DNA from: Candidatus Bathyarchaeia archaeon
Lineage (GTDB): Archaea > Thermoproteota > Bathyarchaeia > Bathyarchaeales > Bathycorpusculaceae
Direction of reading: 5' to 3'
DNA length: 64,000 bases
NCBI GenBank assembly: GCA_050015395.1
Contig: JBEKBM010000006.1
Coordinates: 51,235-115,234, forward strand
This document shows positions 39,247-49,872 of this stretch, in pieces. Position 1 is the first letter of the stretch. The number at the start of each line of letters is the position of its first letter. The notes beneath the pieces were generated by a model. The model searched no databases. It was not told the origin of the DNA and saw only the letters and a list, made by a program, of their open reading frames with translations. The position numbers and the translations under genes were made by a program.

Positions 39247-39992
39247 TAGACTTCCTCCCGCATGGTTCTTCCTGTTAGTTTGATGAAAACTTCCTCCAAA
39301 TTCTTCGCCTGATTTTTAGCAACTAGTTCCTTTGGGCTGCCAAGCGCAATGAGTTTTCCATGGTCAATTATGCCTACTCGGTCGCAGAGTTCTTCAGCTT
39401 CCTCCATGTAATGCGTGGTTAAGATGATGGTTTTGCCTTGTGTTTTTTGGTCTTTTATAAAGTCCCAGACAGCATGGCGAGATTGCGGATCCAAGGCTAC
39501 CGTTGGCTCATCTAAAAAAGCGACTTGAGGGTCGTGTATTAATGCGAGAGTTAGGCTCAGTCGGCGTTTCATTCCGCCGCTGTATTTTGCCGCTTTCCTT
39601 TTTGCGTCTTCTTTTAGCCCCATTTTCGCCATCAGCATGACGCTTCTTTCTTTGAGCATTTTTCCCTTCATGCCATAGAGGTTTCCGAAAAGCTCAAGGT
39701 TCTCTGCGCCAGTTAAGTACGGGTAGATGGCTGTTTCTTGAGTGCAAACACCGATTAGCTCCTTAACTTTCTGTGTTTCTTTTTGCACGTCATAGCCGTA
39801 GATTTTGGCTTTGCCGCTTGTTGGTTTTACGAGTCCACAGAGGATGTTTATTGTGGTTGTTTTTCCTGCACCGTTTGGTCCTAGTAATCCGAAGAGTTCT
39901 CCTTTGGTGACTTGCAGATTGAGGTTTTCTACTGCTGTTTTGTCTTCAAATCTTTTGGTTAGATTTTGTATTGTTATTGCTGATTCAGTCAT
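39246..39992 (-). CDS. ABC transporter ATP-binding protein
   Basis: GPNGAGKTT, YSGGM, LDEPT, TTH; ATG at 39992 with GGAG RBS. Confidence 0.95.
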   Translation of the reverse strand: MTESAITIQNLTKRFEDKTAVENLNLQVTKGELFGLLGPNGAGKTTTINILCGLVKPTSGKAKIYGYDVQKETQKVKELIGVCTQETAIYPYLTGAENLELFGNLYGMKGKMLKERSVMLMAKMGLKEDAKRKAAKYSGGMKRRLSLTLALIHDPQVAFLDEPTVALDPQSRHAVWDFIKDQKTQGKTIILTTHYMEEAEELCDRVGIIDHGKLIALGSPKELVAKNQAKNLEEVFIKLTGRTMREEV

Positions 39993-40136
39993 TTTGCTTA
40001 TCTCCTTTTTTACGGTGTAATAGTTTTTTGAGAATTTAGTTTCATGTTTACCTGTTGCTGAAGGAAAATGCATTTGAGAAGTGCTGGAAAGTCGCTTTTC
40101 AACTATGACTGGTTAAAAAACAGGACATTCCCTGAG

Positions 40137-41033
40137 CTATGGGATATCGTCTATCCATGTGTTGAAAACGTATCCTGTGTAGATGATGTTTGGGGCTACT
40201 GCTTGTACCGCTGGTTCCCGCTCCAAGCTTTCACGGGTTTCTCGGAGTCCTTTTGCGGTCGAGGTCCATGTGAAAAATATGTAAGTGTTTGGTATATTGC
40301 TAAAGCCCCAGTAAAAGATTATATTTGGATAATGTTTTTGCCAAATCATATTAGGCGTATTGGGGTCGGCATCAGGTTTAAGTTGAACATGAAATACGCT
40401 TATGATATCATTTGAAGCATCAGGATACCAATCTATAGACAGCATTACCAAGAAGTTTTTTACCATTCTGGCGAGTCTACGACGAACCGTCTTGGCGGAG
40501 ACACCTAATTCTTCAGCGACAACCGAAGTGGCTTTACGTGAATCATCTTTCAAGGAACGAATAATTTTGTAGTCAAGCTCACAAAGCTTCGTATCAGGAT
40601 TAACGCCCCTTATCATGTTCAGCGGTAAAGGCGAAACCACTAAACCAACCGTTGGTTCAGGCAACTCAGCAGCCTCTCTAACAAAACGAACCAGTGGCTC
40701 CAACTCACCTATGTTTTTTAAACAAGCACCTATGTACAAGAAGTTCCCGCCGCCGATTGCCAGCCAGTAAATTGACCCATTTTTTTCCAGTTTTGGGTTT
40801 AGGTCATGGATTGAATTAGTTTTTGATGTTCCAAAAATAAATATGAGAACCCCTTTTTTAGCAAACAGACTAAGTTTAGCAGTGAATTTACGTATTATGC
40901 CCAATTCGATTAAGGATTGAATGCGGTTATGAACCGCAGTTACTGACAGGTTCAGTTTTTCAGCCAGTTCACGGTAAGAAAGCCGAGAATTCATAAGTAA
41001 CAACTGGCATAATATCACGTCGGTCTTATCCAC
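40137..41033 (-). CDS. Tandem (double) Lrp/AsnC-type regulator
   Basis: Two HTH modules: MDKTD...NSRLSYRELA and ELDYKII...DSRKATSVVAEEL. Confidence 0.85.
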   Translation of the reverse strand: MDKTDVILCQLLLMNSRLSYRELAEKLNLSVTAVHNRIQSLIELGIIRKFTAKLSLFAKKGVLIFIFGTSKTNSIHDLNPKLEKNGSIYWLAIGGGNFLYIGACLKNIGELEPLVRFVREAAELPEPTVGLVVSPLPLNMIRGVNPDTKLCELDYKIIRSLKDDSRKATSVVAEELGVSAKTVRRRLARMVKNFLVMLSIDWYPDASNDIISVFHVQLKPDADPNTPNMIWQKHYPNIIFYWGFSNIPNTYIFFTWTSTAKGLRETRESLEREPAVQAVAPNIIYTGYVFNTWIDDIP

Positions 41034-41164
41034 TGTCTCACCATTAACTAGTATCTTATGCGGTAAACTGCTTTAAGACTTTAGCCCAAATTTTAAGCGA
41101 CAGCAAACCCGTGACTATAAATCGAATCAGCGGATGAAAACATTTGTCGATTAAGAGCAAGCGA

Positions 41165-41464
41165 TTAATTTTGGTTTACTTTTTTGGTTTGTTTGAGTGA
41201 ATAGTCAAAGAACTTTTCAGCGGTACCTTCAGAAGACCATTCTGAGCGAATTCTAGTTTTCTTTTCAGCCTTACGCAATTCAGAAAGCAGTATGCGATTT
41301 AAGTCTCTGGCGCTTTCACCTTTGATTTCAGCATTGACTTCGAACCCGTCGGCGGTTGGTTTGATGGAGCCGTTGTTGCCAATTATTCGTTCTAACACAG
41401 CTTTTATAGCTGAGGGAGTAGCGCTGCTTACTCTTGCAGATAGCTTGAATTTTTTCTCGGACAC
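41165..41464 (-). CDS. Hypothetical protein
   Basis: 99-aa ORF co-oriented with the tautomerase; protein-like composition. Confidence 0.6.
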   Translation of the reverse strand: MSEKKFKLSARVSSATPSAIKAVLERIIGNNGSIKPTADGFEVNAEIKGESARDLNRILLSELRKAEKKTRIRSEWSSEGTAEKFFDYSLKQTKKVNQN

Positions 41465-41488
41465 TAATTGTCAGTCCTTTGCTTTAGT

Positions 41489-41692
41489 TTACAGGGATTG
41501 CGTGTGCGCGAGTCTTTCTGAATGCAATTGTCCCCCCGTTGCCCAATTGCTCTTTGGCGCTTCATAAATAACGATCTCGACTGCTTCCTTGGGAACTCCT
41601 AAATCTTCAAAAACTTTCGTTATCCCTTCGACTGTTTTCTTCTTGTTCTCAAGGCTCATGCCCTCCCAAACAGAAACTTGAACTATTGGCAT
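41489..41692 (-). CDS. 4-oxalocrotonate tautomerase family protein
   Basis: Catalytic Pro1 (MPIVQV), EAVEIVI, NWATGG. Confidence 0.9.
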   Translation of the reverse strand: MPIVQVSVWEGMSLENKKKTVEGITKVFEDLGVPKEAVEIVIYEAPKSNWATGGQLHSERLAHTQSL

Positions 41693-42173
41693 TTCATTTT
41701 TACCTCAATTAACACATTCTTCGTTTCCCTAATTAATGTATTCTCAATGGCACTTGAAGCTGGAACCTGCTGCTGTGCAACCACGACAATATCATTAAAT
41801 CAGGCAAATTAAAGGTTAATTGCTTCTGTTATAAGCTCAATTAGGCTGAGGATGTGCTGATTTAATTGAAGCAGGGAAAATAGTTGGAAGAGCAGTTTTA
41901 TTTTAATTACCCTTTGCAACTCTCAAAAGTCGTATTGAAGCTCGCTATGATTTCATCAGGAATCCATTAGGTCGTTCTCACTCTTATTAGGTTTCGCACG
42001 CGCGCTTGATTTTCTTTTGAGCAACAACCGTGAATTCTAGGTAAATCAGTAGCTCGTTGGAGCTTTGCTCAAGTTTGTCCATACTCCGTCCGTTATACAT
42101 TCCATTTAACAAGTTAGCCGTCGTATGGAATTCTTTCAAAGAAAAAAGGAGATGGTTTGTTTTTTACGTTTTT

Positions 42174-44699
42174 TTATGGTCTTTTTCTTAGAATCAACAT
42201 TGTCGCTATTGCTATGGCTAGGACTATGACGATTGTTGCGATTATAACATAGGGTATTATTGTTGACTCAATTGCTGTCTCGCTCAATGGTGTTGCTGTG
42301 GGTGCAGTTGTTGCAGTCTCAGTGACTACGGTTCCTGTTTCAGCAGAAGAAGACCAGTATGAGCCCGTTCCGGCGAAACTTGCAGTAATCCTGTATGACC
42401 CAGATATTTGAGGAGTCCAGCTGTAGTAGAAGTTGCCTGCTGAATCAGTTGTCGTTGTTCCAATAATAACCGTGTTGTTGTTGGGGTCGACTGCGGTCAA
42501 TGTAACTGGAACGCCAATCTCTTGAGGAGGTGAATTTAGCAATGTAGCGTTCTGCATATGCAGGTAGTCCATCCACTCGCTCATGCTTGAGTCAGATACC
42601 GCAGGTGTTCCCGGTTGCGCTGGAGACTGATCTAAGACATTGCCTTGGATTTGTACCGTCGACTTTAAAGCAAAGTTGTTGGGTACCGAAACTGACGTCG
42701 AAGTCGCGCCTTTGCCAATGCAATATTGTTTTCCATCATAGTTTCCAAAGGCTAAGAGATAACCGTCGGCAGCCGCGTTAGGAGATACACCTCCATTCAA
42801 CGTAAACATCGTCTTTCCGGTAGTAGCGTTTATGGCAATGGTCATTGCAAATCGGGGGATGGGGTCAATCTCATAATCTTGCGAATAACCGCCGTATGCG
42901 TAGACAGTGCCGCCTGCAATTACTAAGCCACCAAACTCGAACGGCAAGTAGTTGCTCATGTACTCTGTTGAAGGTATCTTTGTGCTTTGCCACACAACTT
43001 TTCCGTCAGCCAAACTTAATGCGATTACTGATCCATCTGGACTCGCAATGTACACATTACTATTGTCATTTGCGAGGAAATAACCACTGTATTTCGTGTT
43101 CCAGGGGAAGGCTCCAACGTTTGCACTTGACCATACTAATGCTCCAGTAAGGTCGCTATAGCAGTAAAACGTTGCAGTTGACACATCGCACGTAAGAAAG
43201 TCGGTGGTATTGTACAGTTGGATTTGCCCCATTGTACTAGTGTAAGGTAATGTAAGGTTCCAAATTGAAGCGCCAGTTTTTGCATTGAAGCCTTCAACCA
43301 AGTCGTCACCTGGTCCTCCGCCATATACAATGGCGGACAGATCTTTTGACACTGCAAGGCTAGTCCGCCCCGATCCGTCTGAAGGTGCAGGATGAGACAG
43401 AAAAGTTTTCCATACGAGTCCATTGTACCAGTTTTTGCCGTTATTAACAGCGGTAGTTAGGTTCCATTCCCAAACGTAGTTTTGATAACCAGTGTATGTT
43501 GTGCCAAAAGCAATTTCGCTGCCATCTACAAGTGCGATGTTCATTGCCGTTACATTACTGATACTTAGTGCGAGCGTCCCAGTATTCGGGTCATAATAAT
43601 TCCATGTGCCATTCATCGGAGAACCAACAGTTTGAAACAGATACTCGGTCGGTGTGTTTCCGTAGGAAGCATGCAATTGTACTAAGCCAGCGGCGGATGA
43701 TTGGTAGTAGGCATTTCCAGGTAGATGGAGACCAGCGGTGATGCTGCCAGACGCGGTGTACAACACTTTTCCGGTTGTCAAGTCGATGCATTCAAACTGT
43801 GTAGGCGCTGCAGTTAAGCTATCAGGCAAAATATTTTGATAGACTTTGCCCCCCATAATAATCGGGTTGCCAGAAATCAGGTTGCCTGGCTCGATACTGT
43901 AGCTGCCGAAAGATCCGCCTACTATGCCTCCTGCAGTGTTCTGTATGTCCCAAAGGATGTGTCCTGTGCTAGGTCCTGAACCGTACTGCTGCCAAAAGCC
44001 GCCCGTGTTCAATATCATTGGATAAAAAGTTGGGGGGACGGAGGCTGTTAGCCAGTCGCCTGAGATCTGGTACCATTCTCTGTTGTTGCTGTTTATGGGG
44101 TAACTCCAGTAGCCTGTTGGAAGCTGAGAATATGGCCATCCGTTGAGTAGGCCAGCGTTCACTGGAGCAGTCTGCACTGTGAAGTAAACGGGTGCACTGG
44201 TACATGCCGTCCATTGCACGGTTCCAGACCAATCAGTGAAGTTCTGTGCAGGCATCGTCATCGTCACGCTCCAATTACCAGCCATGTTTGGTGCGTACAA
44301 GAAGTACATTGAGCCAAGTGGATCAGTCACTCCTGCAGGATAAGTGCCCGTTCCGTCTGTTGGTGTGAATGTGTCTTTATTTCCGTCTGGTTTTGTGAAC
44401 GTCACGGTAATGCCAGTAAAACCGTTGTACCATGCTGCCGTAGCATAGTCTTGCGGTGGAGGTAAAACCCACAGGTTTACGGTTGCTGATTGGCCAACCC
44501 CGATAAGGGTGGGCGCAACGCTGATGTAGCCTGCGGTTTTGCGTGGTGCACTAAAGGGAATCTGGGCTGAACCCGTCGGTGCAAAATCCAATGCAATTGA
44601 AACAGCGAAAAGCAGAATTAACGATGTTGCAAGAATTGCATTTTTGTTCTCTCGAATTTTAGTAGTATTTATTGTCAAATTTGTATTCATTTTTTTCAT
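42174..44699 (-). CDS. Exported PQQ-like beta-propeller surface protein with C-terminal membrane anchor
   Basis: Signal peptide; repeated DLTTGK/NAKTGA/DLTGALVW/LADGKVVW/NATTGK blades; Ig-like C-terminus; TM + RKRP. Confidence 0.85.
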   Translation of the reverse strand: MKKMNTNLTINTTKIRENKNAILATSLILLFAVSIALDFAPTGSAQIPFSAPRKTAGYISVAPTLIGVGQSATVNLWVLPPPQDYATAAWYNGFTGITVTFTKPDGNKDTFTPTDGTGTYPAGVTDPLGSMYFLYAPNMAGNWSVTMTMPAQNFTDWSGTVQWTACTSAPVYFTVQTAPVNAGLLNGWPYSQLPTGYWSYPINSNNREWYQISGDWLTASVPPTFYPMILNTGGFWQQYGSGPSTGHILWDIQNTAGGIVGGSFGSYSIEPGNLISGNPIIMGGKVYQNILPDSLTAAPTQFECIDLTTGKVLYTASGSITAGLHLPGNAYYQSSAAGLVQLHASYGNTPTEYLFQTVGSPMNGTWNYYDPNTGTLALSISNVTAMNIALVDGSEIAFGTTYTGYQNYVWEWNLTTAVNNGKNWYNGLVWKTFLSHPAPSDGSGRTSLAVSKDLSAIVYGGGPGDDLVEGFNAKTGASIWNLTLPYTSTMGQIQLYNTTDFLTCDVSTATFYCYSDLTGALVWSSANVGAFPWNTKYSGYFLANDNSNVYIASPDGSVIALSLADGKVVWQSTKIPSTEYMSNYLPFEFGGLVIAGGTVYAYGGYSQDYEIDPIPRFAMTIAINATTGKTMFTLNGGVSPNAAADGYLLAFGNYDGKQYCIGKGATSTSVSVPNNFALKSTVQIQGNVLDQSPAQPGTPAVSDSSMSEWMDYLHMQNATLLNSPPQEIGVPVTLTAVDPNNNTVIIGTTTTDSAGNFYYSWTPQISGSYRITASFAGTGSYWSSSAETGTVVTETATTAPTATPLSETAIESTIIPYVIIATIVIVLAIAIATMLILRKRP

Positions 44700-44817
44700 T
44701 TTCCTTTTAATATTCTTTTAGGTTTAATGATTGGTGGATAGACGGATTAGTTTTGGGACAGATAAGCTAGCTTTTTTTGCAAAAAATATATTTATGGGAA
44801 CAGTACTTGTCTATTTT

Positions 44818-45486
44818 ATGCGCAGGCTCATCTTACAATTTTCTGTAGACGAATTTCTAAAGCGCGAGAACTTAGATTTGTCACAACTCAAAAAGGTGAA
44901 AAGTTTAGAATTTTTGCAAATTCTCGAGCATGACCCAGATGGGGTTGAGGCAATCATTCGAATAGATACAGAAGAGGAATTGTCAGACATTGAAGATTAT
45001 ATTAAGCTCATGAGTGGGAATATCTTAAAAACGGAACTTCTTGAACGAGAAAAAGACGGAGCATACATATTATTCATTAAGTACAAGGTGACCTCAACGC
45101 TTTTTAGGCGGGCCTTTACCAAGACTGGAGTGTATAGTGTCTTTTGCAATATTCAAAAAGGAAGGCTCAAAGTGGCTTTGCTTGGAAGCGCGAAACAATT
45201 GAGATATGCCCTTGAAAGTTTGGAGAAATCGAAAATACATTTTAAGATGGTCTCTTTAACTGATGCGAGGTTTGCTTCTGATTCTCCGCTTAAGGCTTTG
45301 ACGGAAAAGCAAAGAAGAGTTATAACAACTGCATATGAGCTAGGGTACTATGATTTGCCAAGAAAAATCGATTCTGAGGGATTAGCGAAAAAATTAAATA
45401 TAGCTCGTTCTACACTGGTCGTACACCGCAGGAAAGCGGAAAAACATATTCTTACTGAGATAATTGATGGCGAAAGCGCAGATTAG
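44818..45486 (+). CDS. HTH-10 (bacterio-opsin activator type) regulator
   Basis: LTEKQRRVITTAYELGYYDLPRK...HRRKAE. Confidence 0.9.
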   Translation: MRRLILQFSVDEFLKRENLDLSQLKKVKSLEFLQILEHDPDGVEAIIRIDTEEELSDIEDYIKLMSGNILKTELLEREKDGAYILFIKYKVTSTLFRRAFTKTGVYSVFCNIQKGRLKVALLGSAKQLRYALESLEKSKIHFKMVSLTDARFASDSPLKALTEKQRRVITTAYELGYYDLPRKIDSEGLAKKLNIARSTLVVHRRKAEKHILTEIIDGESAD

Positions 45487-45546
45487 TTCTATGCCCTTAT
45501 CAGACTAAAAAAACGATGCAATACCTGCAGACTTGCTGAAACTTCC

Positions 45547-46233
45547 TTATGAGGTCATTAGAAAATCCATTACGTTTTTCTCTGCTCTTCTTAAGTGTTC
45601 TCCAACGGTTCCCTTCTCCATTTTCAGTAAATGGGCAAGATGCTCAGTACTTGTTTTTCTAGGTATGCTGTAATATCCCTCTGCGTATGCGAGTCTAAGG
45701 ACTCTCATCTGCTGTGCAGTAAGCCTATCAAGCGGGGCATCAACCGTCCTTTCGATACCGCAAAGCTTCGTTACACTGTAGCTTACTTTGGCATTGCCAA
45801 ACGTGATTTCAAGCAGATTCTTCAGGGATTTGGGGTCGCCAACCAAGGTAATTCTCAAGCATTCGCCACTAATTTCGGGTGAACGCAGAAAATATGTTTG
45901 ACTTTGATAAAGTGCTCTCAATTTCTGAGTGGCTTTGTGCTGAGCCTGATTATCTGAAGTTTCTTCATCACGGTCCCACCATTGTCCACTTACCCGAATC
46001 ATCGTTTCTCCTTCTTGTGAAACGTCGACGGTGCCCTCTTGCACATGCTCATAATGCTGACTCAGGAACTTGAGCAGGTTTCTCATTTCGCCTTTTGGTA
46101 CGCGGCAAGTGAAAATGAAACCGTTTGAACTCAAATGTAGAAAACGAATCGTTGACGCTTTTGACAGCAACTCTGTTGGAATGGCCCCTTTTGGCAAGTT
46201 GCCGAGAGGAATCTCTATTGTAATTTGCTGCAT
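45547..46233 (-). CDS. HTH-10 regulator
   Basis: LTAQQMRVLRLAYAEGYYSIPRK...EHLRRAE. Confidence 0.9.
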   Translation of the reverse strand: MQQITIEIPLGNLPKGAIPTELLSKASTIRFLHLSSNGFIFTCRVPKGEMRNLLKFLSQHYEHVQEGTVDVSQEGETMIRVSGQWWDRDEETSDNQAQHKATQKLRALYQSQTYFLRSPEISGECLRITLVGDPKSLKNLLEITFGNAKVSYSVTKLCGIERTVDAPLDRLTAQQMRVLRLAYAEGYYSIPRKTSTEHLAHLLKMEKGTVGEHLRRAEKNVMDFLMTS

Positions 46234-46328
46234 GACATTCTCACCCCACTTGTGGGGTATAAATCTTATGTAAAAGGCGAATACTATGGAGTGCAGAAAA
46301 ATTAGCGTCATGGCCAAGTCTAATTTAG

Positions 46329-47816
46329 GTGGAAAAAATCATGAACAATAACATCCAAGCGAAAGGTAAGAATTCAGGGTACACAACTAAACTTCTCGTA
46401 ACCGTAACGGCAGTCGCTCTCCTAATCAACTATGTGGAGACAATGGTGGTTCCAGCAGTACCTACTATCCAGAAAGACTTGGCCACAACAGCGACAATTG
46501 CTTCCTGGATTACCTCCGCATTCCTGATTGTAGGCTGCGCAGTTGCACCGATATTCGGAAAACTCGGCGACCTATATGGCAAGAAACGAATATTTCTGGT
46601 TGCCTTGGCCTTTTACATATTTGGAGTGGGGATAGCTGGTTTCTCCCCATCCATTTATTTTCTGCTTATCGCTCGAGGAATACAAGGGGTAGGGTTAGCA
46701 ATAGTTCCCCTTGGCCTTGCCGTTATTGCCGACTCCTTCCCTAAGGAAAAAATAGCCACAGCCCAGGGAATAGTAAGTGCAACGCTTGCCATAGGAGCAG
46801 GTGCTGGATTAGTCATCGGTTCTTATGTAGTACAAAGTCTGGGCTGGCAGTACGCATTCTACACATCATTCGTCCTAAGTATAGTTCTTTTTGCGGTTGT
46901 AGCCAAAGTAATGAAGAAAGATATGGTAAAAACGAAAACCACAGTGGACTATACAGGCGCTTTAAGCCTAATGACAGGATTAACATTGCTCCTAATCTAT
47001 ATAACCGAGGGACCAACGCTAGGCTGGTTATCGCTCGAAGAAGTCGCATTCTTAGCACCAGGCATTGTTCTAACAGTTTTCTTCTTTATCTTTGAAAACA
47101 GGGCTACAAACCCATTGATCCAACTGAGCCTTCTGAAAATCAGAAATGTCCTCGTAGCAAACCTCGTAGGAATTATCGCCAGCTTCGCAACCTTGTTAAT
47201 CTTTTTCGGGGTTGTTTATTACGCAGAGATGCCAACCCCATTTGGACTTGGCCTAGATATCGTTGCAACTGGCGTAATTATTGCTCCAGCGACAATTGCT
47301 ATGCTGGTCATTGGACCTCTTGTAGGAAGAGCCGTAACACGGTCTGGACCAAAACCTGTGCTGGTGGCTGGTGGATTAATTCTTGCTTTGGGGCTTTTCC
47401 TTTTTATAATAAACAGGTCTTCGAATGTTAATCTTACTATTGATACCCTTGTTTCAGCCGCTGGCATAGTGTCGACGATCGTGCCTATCGTAAATATGAT
47501 TTGCGTGTCTCTTCCAAAGGACTACACTGCTGTAGGCTTGGGAATAAACACCACATTGAGAAATCTTGGAAGCGCCATCGGGCCTGTCCTTGCAACGGCG
47601 GTTATGGCATCCTACACAGTGCAGCTAACCAGAATTGTTAACGGGCAAACTATTGTAGTTGGGCAACTTCCCTCAGCAACGGCGTTCAATGTGCTCTTTG
47701 CCATTGGAATTGCCTTATCGCTAGTGCTGGTAGCTCTGAGCTTATCAATTAAAAACTACACTTTTAAGGGATGTGAACCTGAAAAAACCGAAGCCATTTT
47801 CACAGGAGGAGAGTAA
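46329..47816 (+). CDS. MFS transporter (14-TM DHA2-like)
   Basis: GKLGDLYGKKR motif A, ARGIQG, many TMs. Confidence 0.9.
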   Translation: MEKIMNNNIQAKGKNSGYTTKLLVTVTAVALLINYVETMVVPAVPTIQKDLATTATIASWITSAFLIVGCAVAPIFGKLGDLYGKKRIFLVALAFYIFGVGIAGFSPSIYFLLIARGIQGVGLAIVPLGLAVIADSFPKEKIATAQGIVSATLAIGAGAGLVIGSYVVQSLGWQYAFYTSFVLSIVLFAVVAKVMKKDMVKTKTTVDYTGALSLMTGLTLLLIYITEGPTLGWLSLEEVAFLAPGIVLTVFFFIFENRATNPLIQLSLLKIRNVLVANLVGIIASFATLLIFFGVVYYAEMPTPFGLGLDIVATGVIIAPATIAMLVIGPLVGRAVTRSGPKPVLVAGGLILALGLFLFIINRSSNVNLTIDTLVSAAGIVSTIVPIVNMICVSLPKDYTAVGLGINTTLRNLGSAIGPVLATAVMASYTVQLTRIVNGQTIVVGQLPSATAFNVLFAIGIALSLVLVALSLSIKNYTFKGCEPEKTEAIFTGGE

Positions 47817-47822
47817 GGATGA

Positions 47823-48068
47823 TTGACGCAAGAAAACCTGACTAAACCGAAAGCCAAGGACAGAAACAAAAGAGCGTTATTTAGAGCCATCTTATTCATT
47901 ATTGGCCTTTTACTTCTGCTATCTGACGCTGGCTATGGCTTTGTGACAGCGAATACCCAAAATGAACTTGAAAATATTACTATCGTTATTGGGATTTGTC
48001 TCATGATAGCAGCTCTTTTCAGACAGTATCTATCAAAACAGAAAGAAGAAATGAACAAAACGGCTTAG
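47823..48068 (+). CDS. Small 2-TM membrane protein
   Basis: Two hydrophobic helices; 6 nt downstream of the MFS gene. Confidence 0.55.
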   Translation: MTQENLTKPKAKDRNKRALFRAILFIIGLLLLLSDAGYGFVTANTQNELENITIVIGICLMIAALFRQYLSKQKEEMNKTA

Positions 48069-48114
48069 AACCATTATCATTAACCGGCAGAGAAATTCAA
48101 GAGCTTTGGATCAG

Positions 48115-48223
48115 AGACGTTTAGGCAGAACAGGAATTTTTCGTTGAAGTTAACGGAAAATACTATCTTTCAGAACAACGGCTAAAAGAGGTTCAGGAAA
48201 GAATTTCCTCACGAAAATTTTGA
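48115..48223 (+). pseudogene. Frameshifted fragment of a small archaeal protein
   Basis: Removing one T from the run in GGAATTTTTCG gives RRLGRTGIFVEVNGKYYLSEQRLKEVQERISSRKF*; no start codon. Confidence 0.4.
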
Positions 48224-48316
48224 ATGAATCCTTTTCCTGAAAAGTTTGTCACTCTTTAAATATAGAAAGCTATTTTCATATTCCAGCGAATAACTAACAA
48301 TCTAGGCGCAACTTGG

Positions 48317-49339
48317 ATGGAAAGAAAAGATTACCTCGAAACTCCAGTCAAGCACATAAAAATAAACGGTGCACTAACCGTTGACCAGTTAATGAAGGAA
48401 TTCAAAAATTCAGGCTCCTTAGGCGCTGGGCGCTTATCTACGGCATGCGATATCTATGAGAAAATGCTCAAAGACAAAGACTGCACTATCTTCTTGGCGC
48501 TTTCAGGCGCTGTTGTACCCGCTGGAATGCGCACGTTAATCACTGACTTGATAAGAAAAAGGTTTGTGGACGTGATTGTTAGTACAGGAGCATGCATGGT
48601 TCATGACGCCATCGAAGCCGTAGGTGGGCATCATTACAAAGGAAGCTGGGCAGTGAATGACAATGAACTTTACAAGTATCATGTTTTCCGTATTTACGAT
48701 ATTTTTGTTCCTGAAGAAGACTTCGTTAAATTGGACTTCAAGCTGTCAGAAATGTACGATGACATCGCATTAGAACGCAAAGGAGAAAGCTTAGCTTCAA
48801 ACGAGTTTTCCTGGGAAATCGGCAAGCGACTAACCGACCCAAACTCTATACTGCGAGCGGCGTACGAAGAGAAGATTCCAATTTTTATCCCAGCCGTGCG
48901 TGACTCAGAATTTGGTTTCATCCATTGGCTTCACGCGTCCCAGCAAAACCCCAAGCCTGTACTTCAGGTTGACGCCTTCAAGGATGTGCCAACTATATGC
49001 GGCATCAGTGCGAAAGCGCCCAAGAACGGTATGATAGTTATCGGTGGCGGAGTACCACGCAACACCATTCAATCATCCGTATTAGCCTCTAAGAAAGGCT
49101 TAGATTATGCTGTGGTAATCACCCTGGACCGGCCTGAAACAGGAGGTTTATCTGGCTCAACGTTGGAGGAGACGGTGAGTTGGGGAAAAATGAAAGGCGA
49201 AGCAGACCATGTAATGGTTATCGGCGAAGCATTGATGGTTTTCCCGTTTCTCGTTGCTTCCGTAACCGAACGATTAGGCGAAAGCTTCAAGCGCAACCCT
49301 GTTTCACAGCTTGAAAAAACAGCAAGCAAAGGAAGCTAA
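48317..49339 (+). CDS. dys: Deoxyhypusine synthase
   Basis: LSGAVVPAG, VSTGA..HD, RIYD, GGGVPRN, GGLSGST.EE.VSWGK. Confidence 0.93.
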   Translation: MERKDYLETPVKHIKINGALTVDQLMKEFKNSGSLGAGRLSTACDIYEKMLKDKDCTIFLALSGAVVPAGMRTLITDLIRKRFVDVIVSTGACMVHDAIEAVGGHHYKGSWAVNDNELYKYHVFRIYDIFVPEEDFVKLDFKLSEMYDDIALERKGESLASNEFSWEIGKRLTDPNSILRAAYEEKIPIFIPAVRDSEFGFIHWLHASQQNPKPVLQVDAFKDVPTICGISAKAPKNGMIVIGGGVPRNTIQSSVLASKKGLDYAVVITLDRPETGGLSGSTLEETVSWGKMKGEADHVMVIGEALMVFPFLVASVTERLGESFKRNPVSQLEKTASKGS

Positions 49340-49343
49340 AACC

Positions 49344-49565
49344 ATGAGCGACAACGACGCTGGAAAATACTGCGGCAACTGCGACAGCCACAACTCATAC
49401 GATTACCCCACCAAAATTTTCTGCTCAACCCGCCACGCTCAAAACAAAAACCCAATAGTTAACACTCTGTGGCGCTGCAGTGACTGGAATAAGATTAGCC
49501 AAGAATGCTACTGCGTCCGGGAAGCATTAAAAAAGAAAAAAGCTGACAAAACGGCGCAAAGTTAA
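49344..49565 (+). CDS. Small Cys/His-rich putative metal-binding protein
   Basis: CGNCDSH...FCS...RC...CYC; ATG 4 nt after the DHS stop. Confidence 0.65.
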   Translation: MSDNDAGKYCGNCDSHNSYDYPTKIFCSTRHAQNKNPIVNTLWRCSDWNKISQECYCVREALKKKKADKTAQS

Positions 49566-49602
49566 AGTTAATAATAGTGAACCATGATTTGATGTTGGTT
49601 GA

Positions 49603-49675
49603 AGCCCGGTGGTGTAGTGGTCAAGCATAGGGGCCTCTGGAGCCTCCGACGAGAGTTCGAATCTCTCCCGGGCTA
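49603..49675 (+). tRNA. tRNA-Gln(CTG)
   Basis: Acceptor AGCCCGG/CCGGGCT, anticodon arm GGGGC-CTCTGGA-GCCTC, T-arm GAGAGTTCGAATCTCTC; 73 nt. Confidence 0.95.
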
Positions 49676-49872
49676 CTGAGAGCTCTATTGGCCTAATTAC
49701 TGAAAAAATCGTTAACGCCTTATAGTAGCTAAGAAACCTTAAACAATCAAGCCAAAAAAGGTATGCTAAGAAAATAAAATTTTTTAAACAAAAACACAGA
49801 CTTGGTCCGTATAGGTGCATGATGGATGGATTGGACTAAAACTTAAATGCAAGTCGAGACAAAAGACGACAC

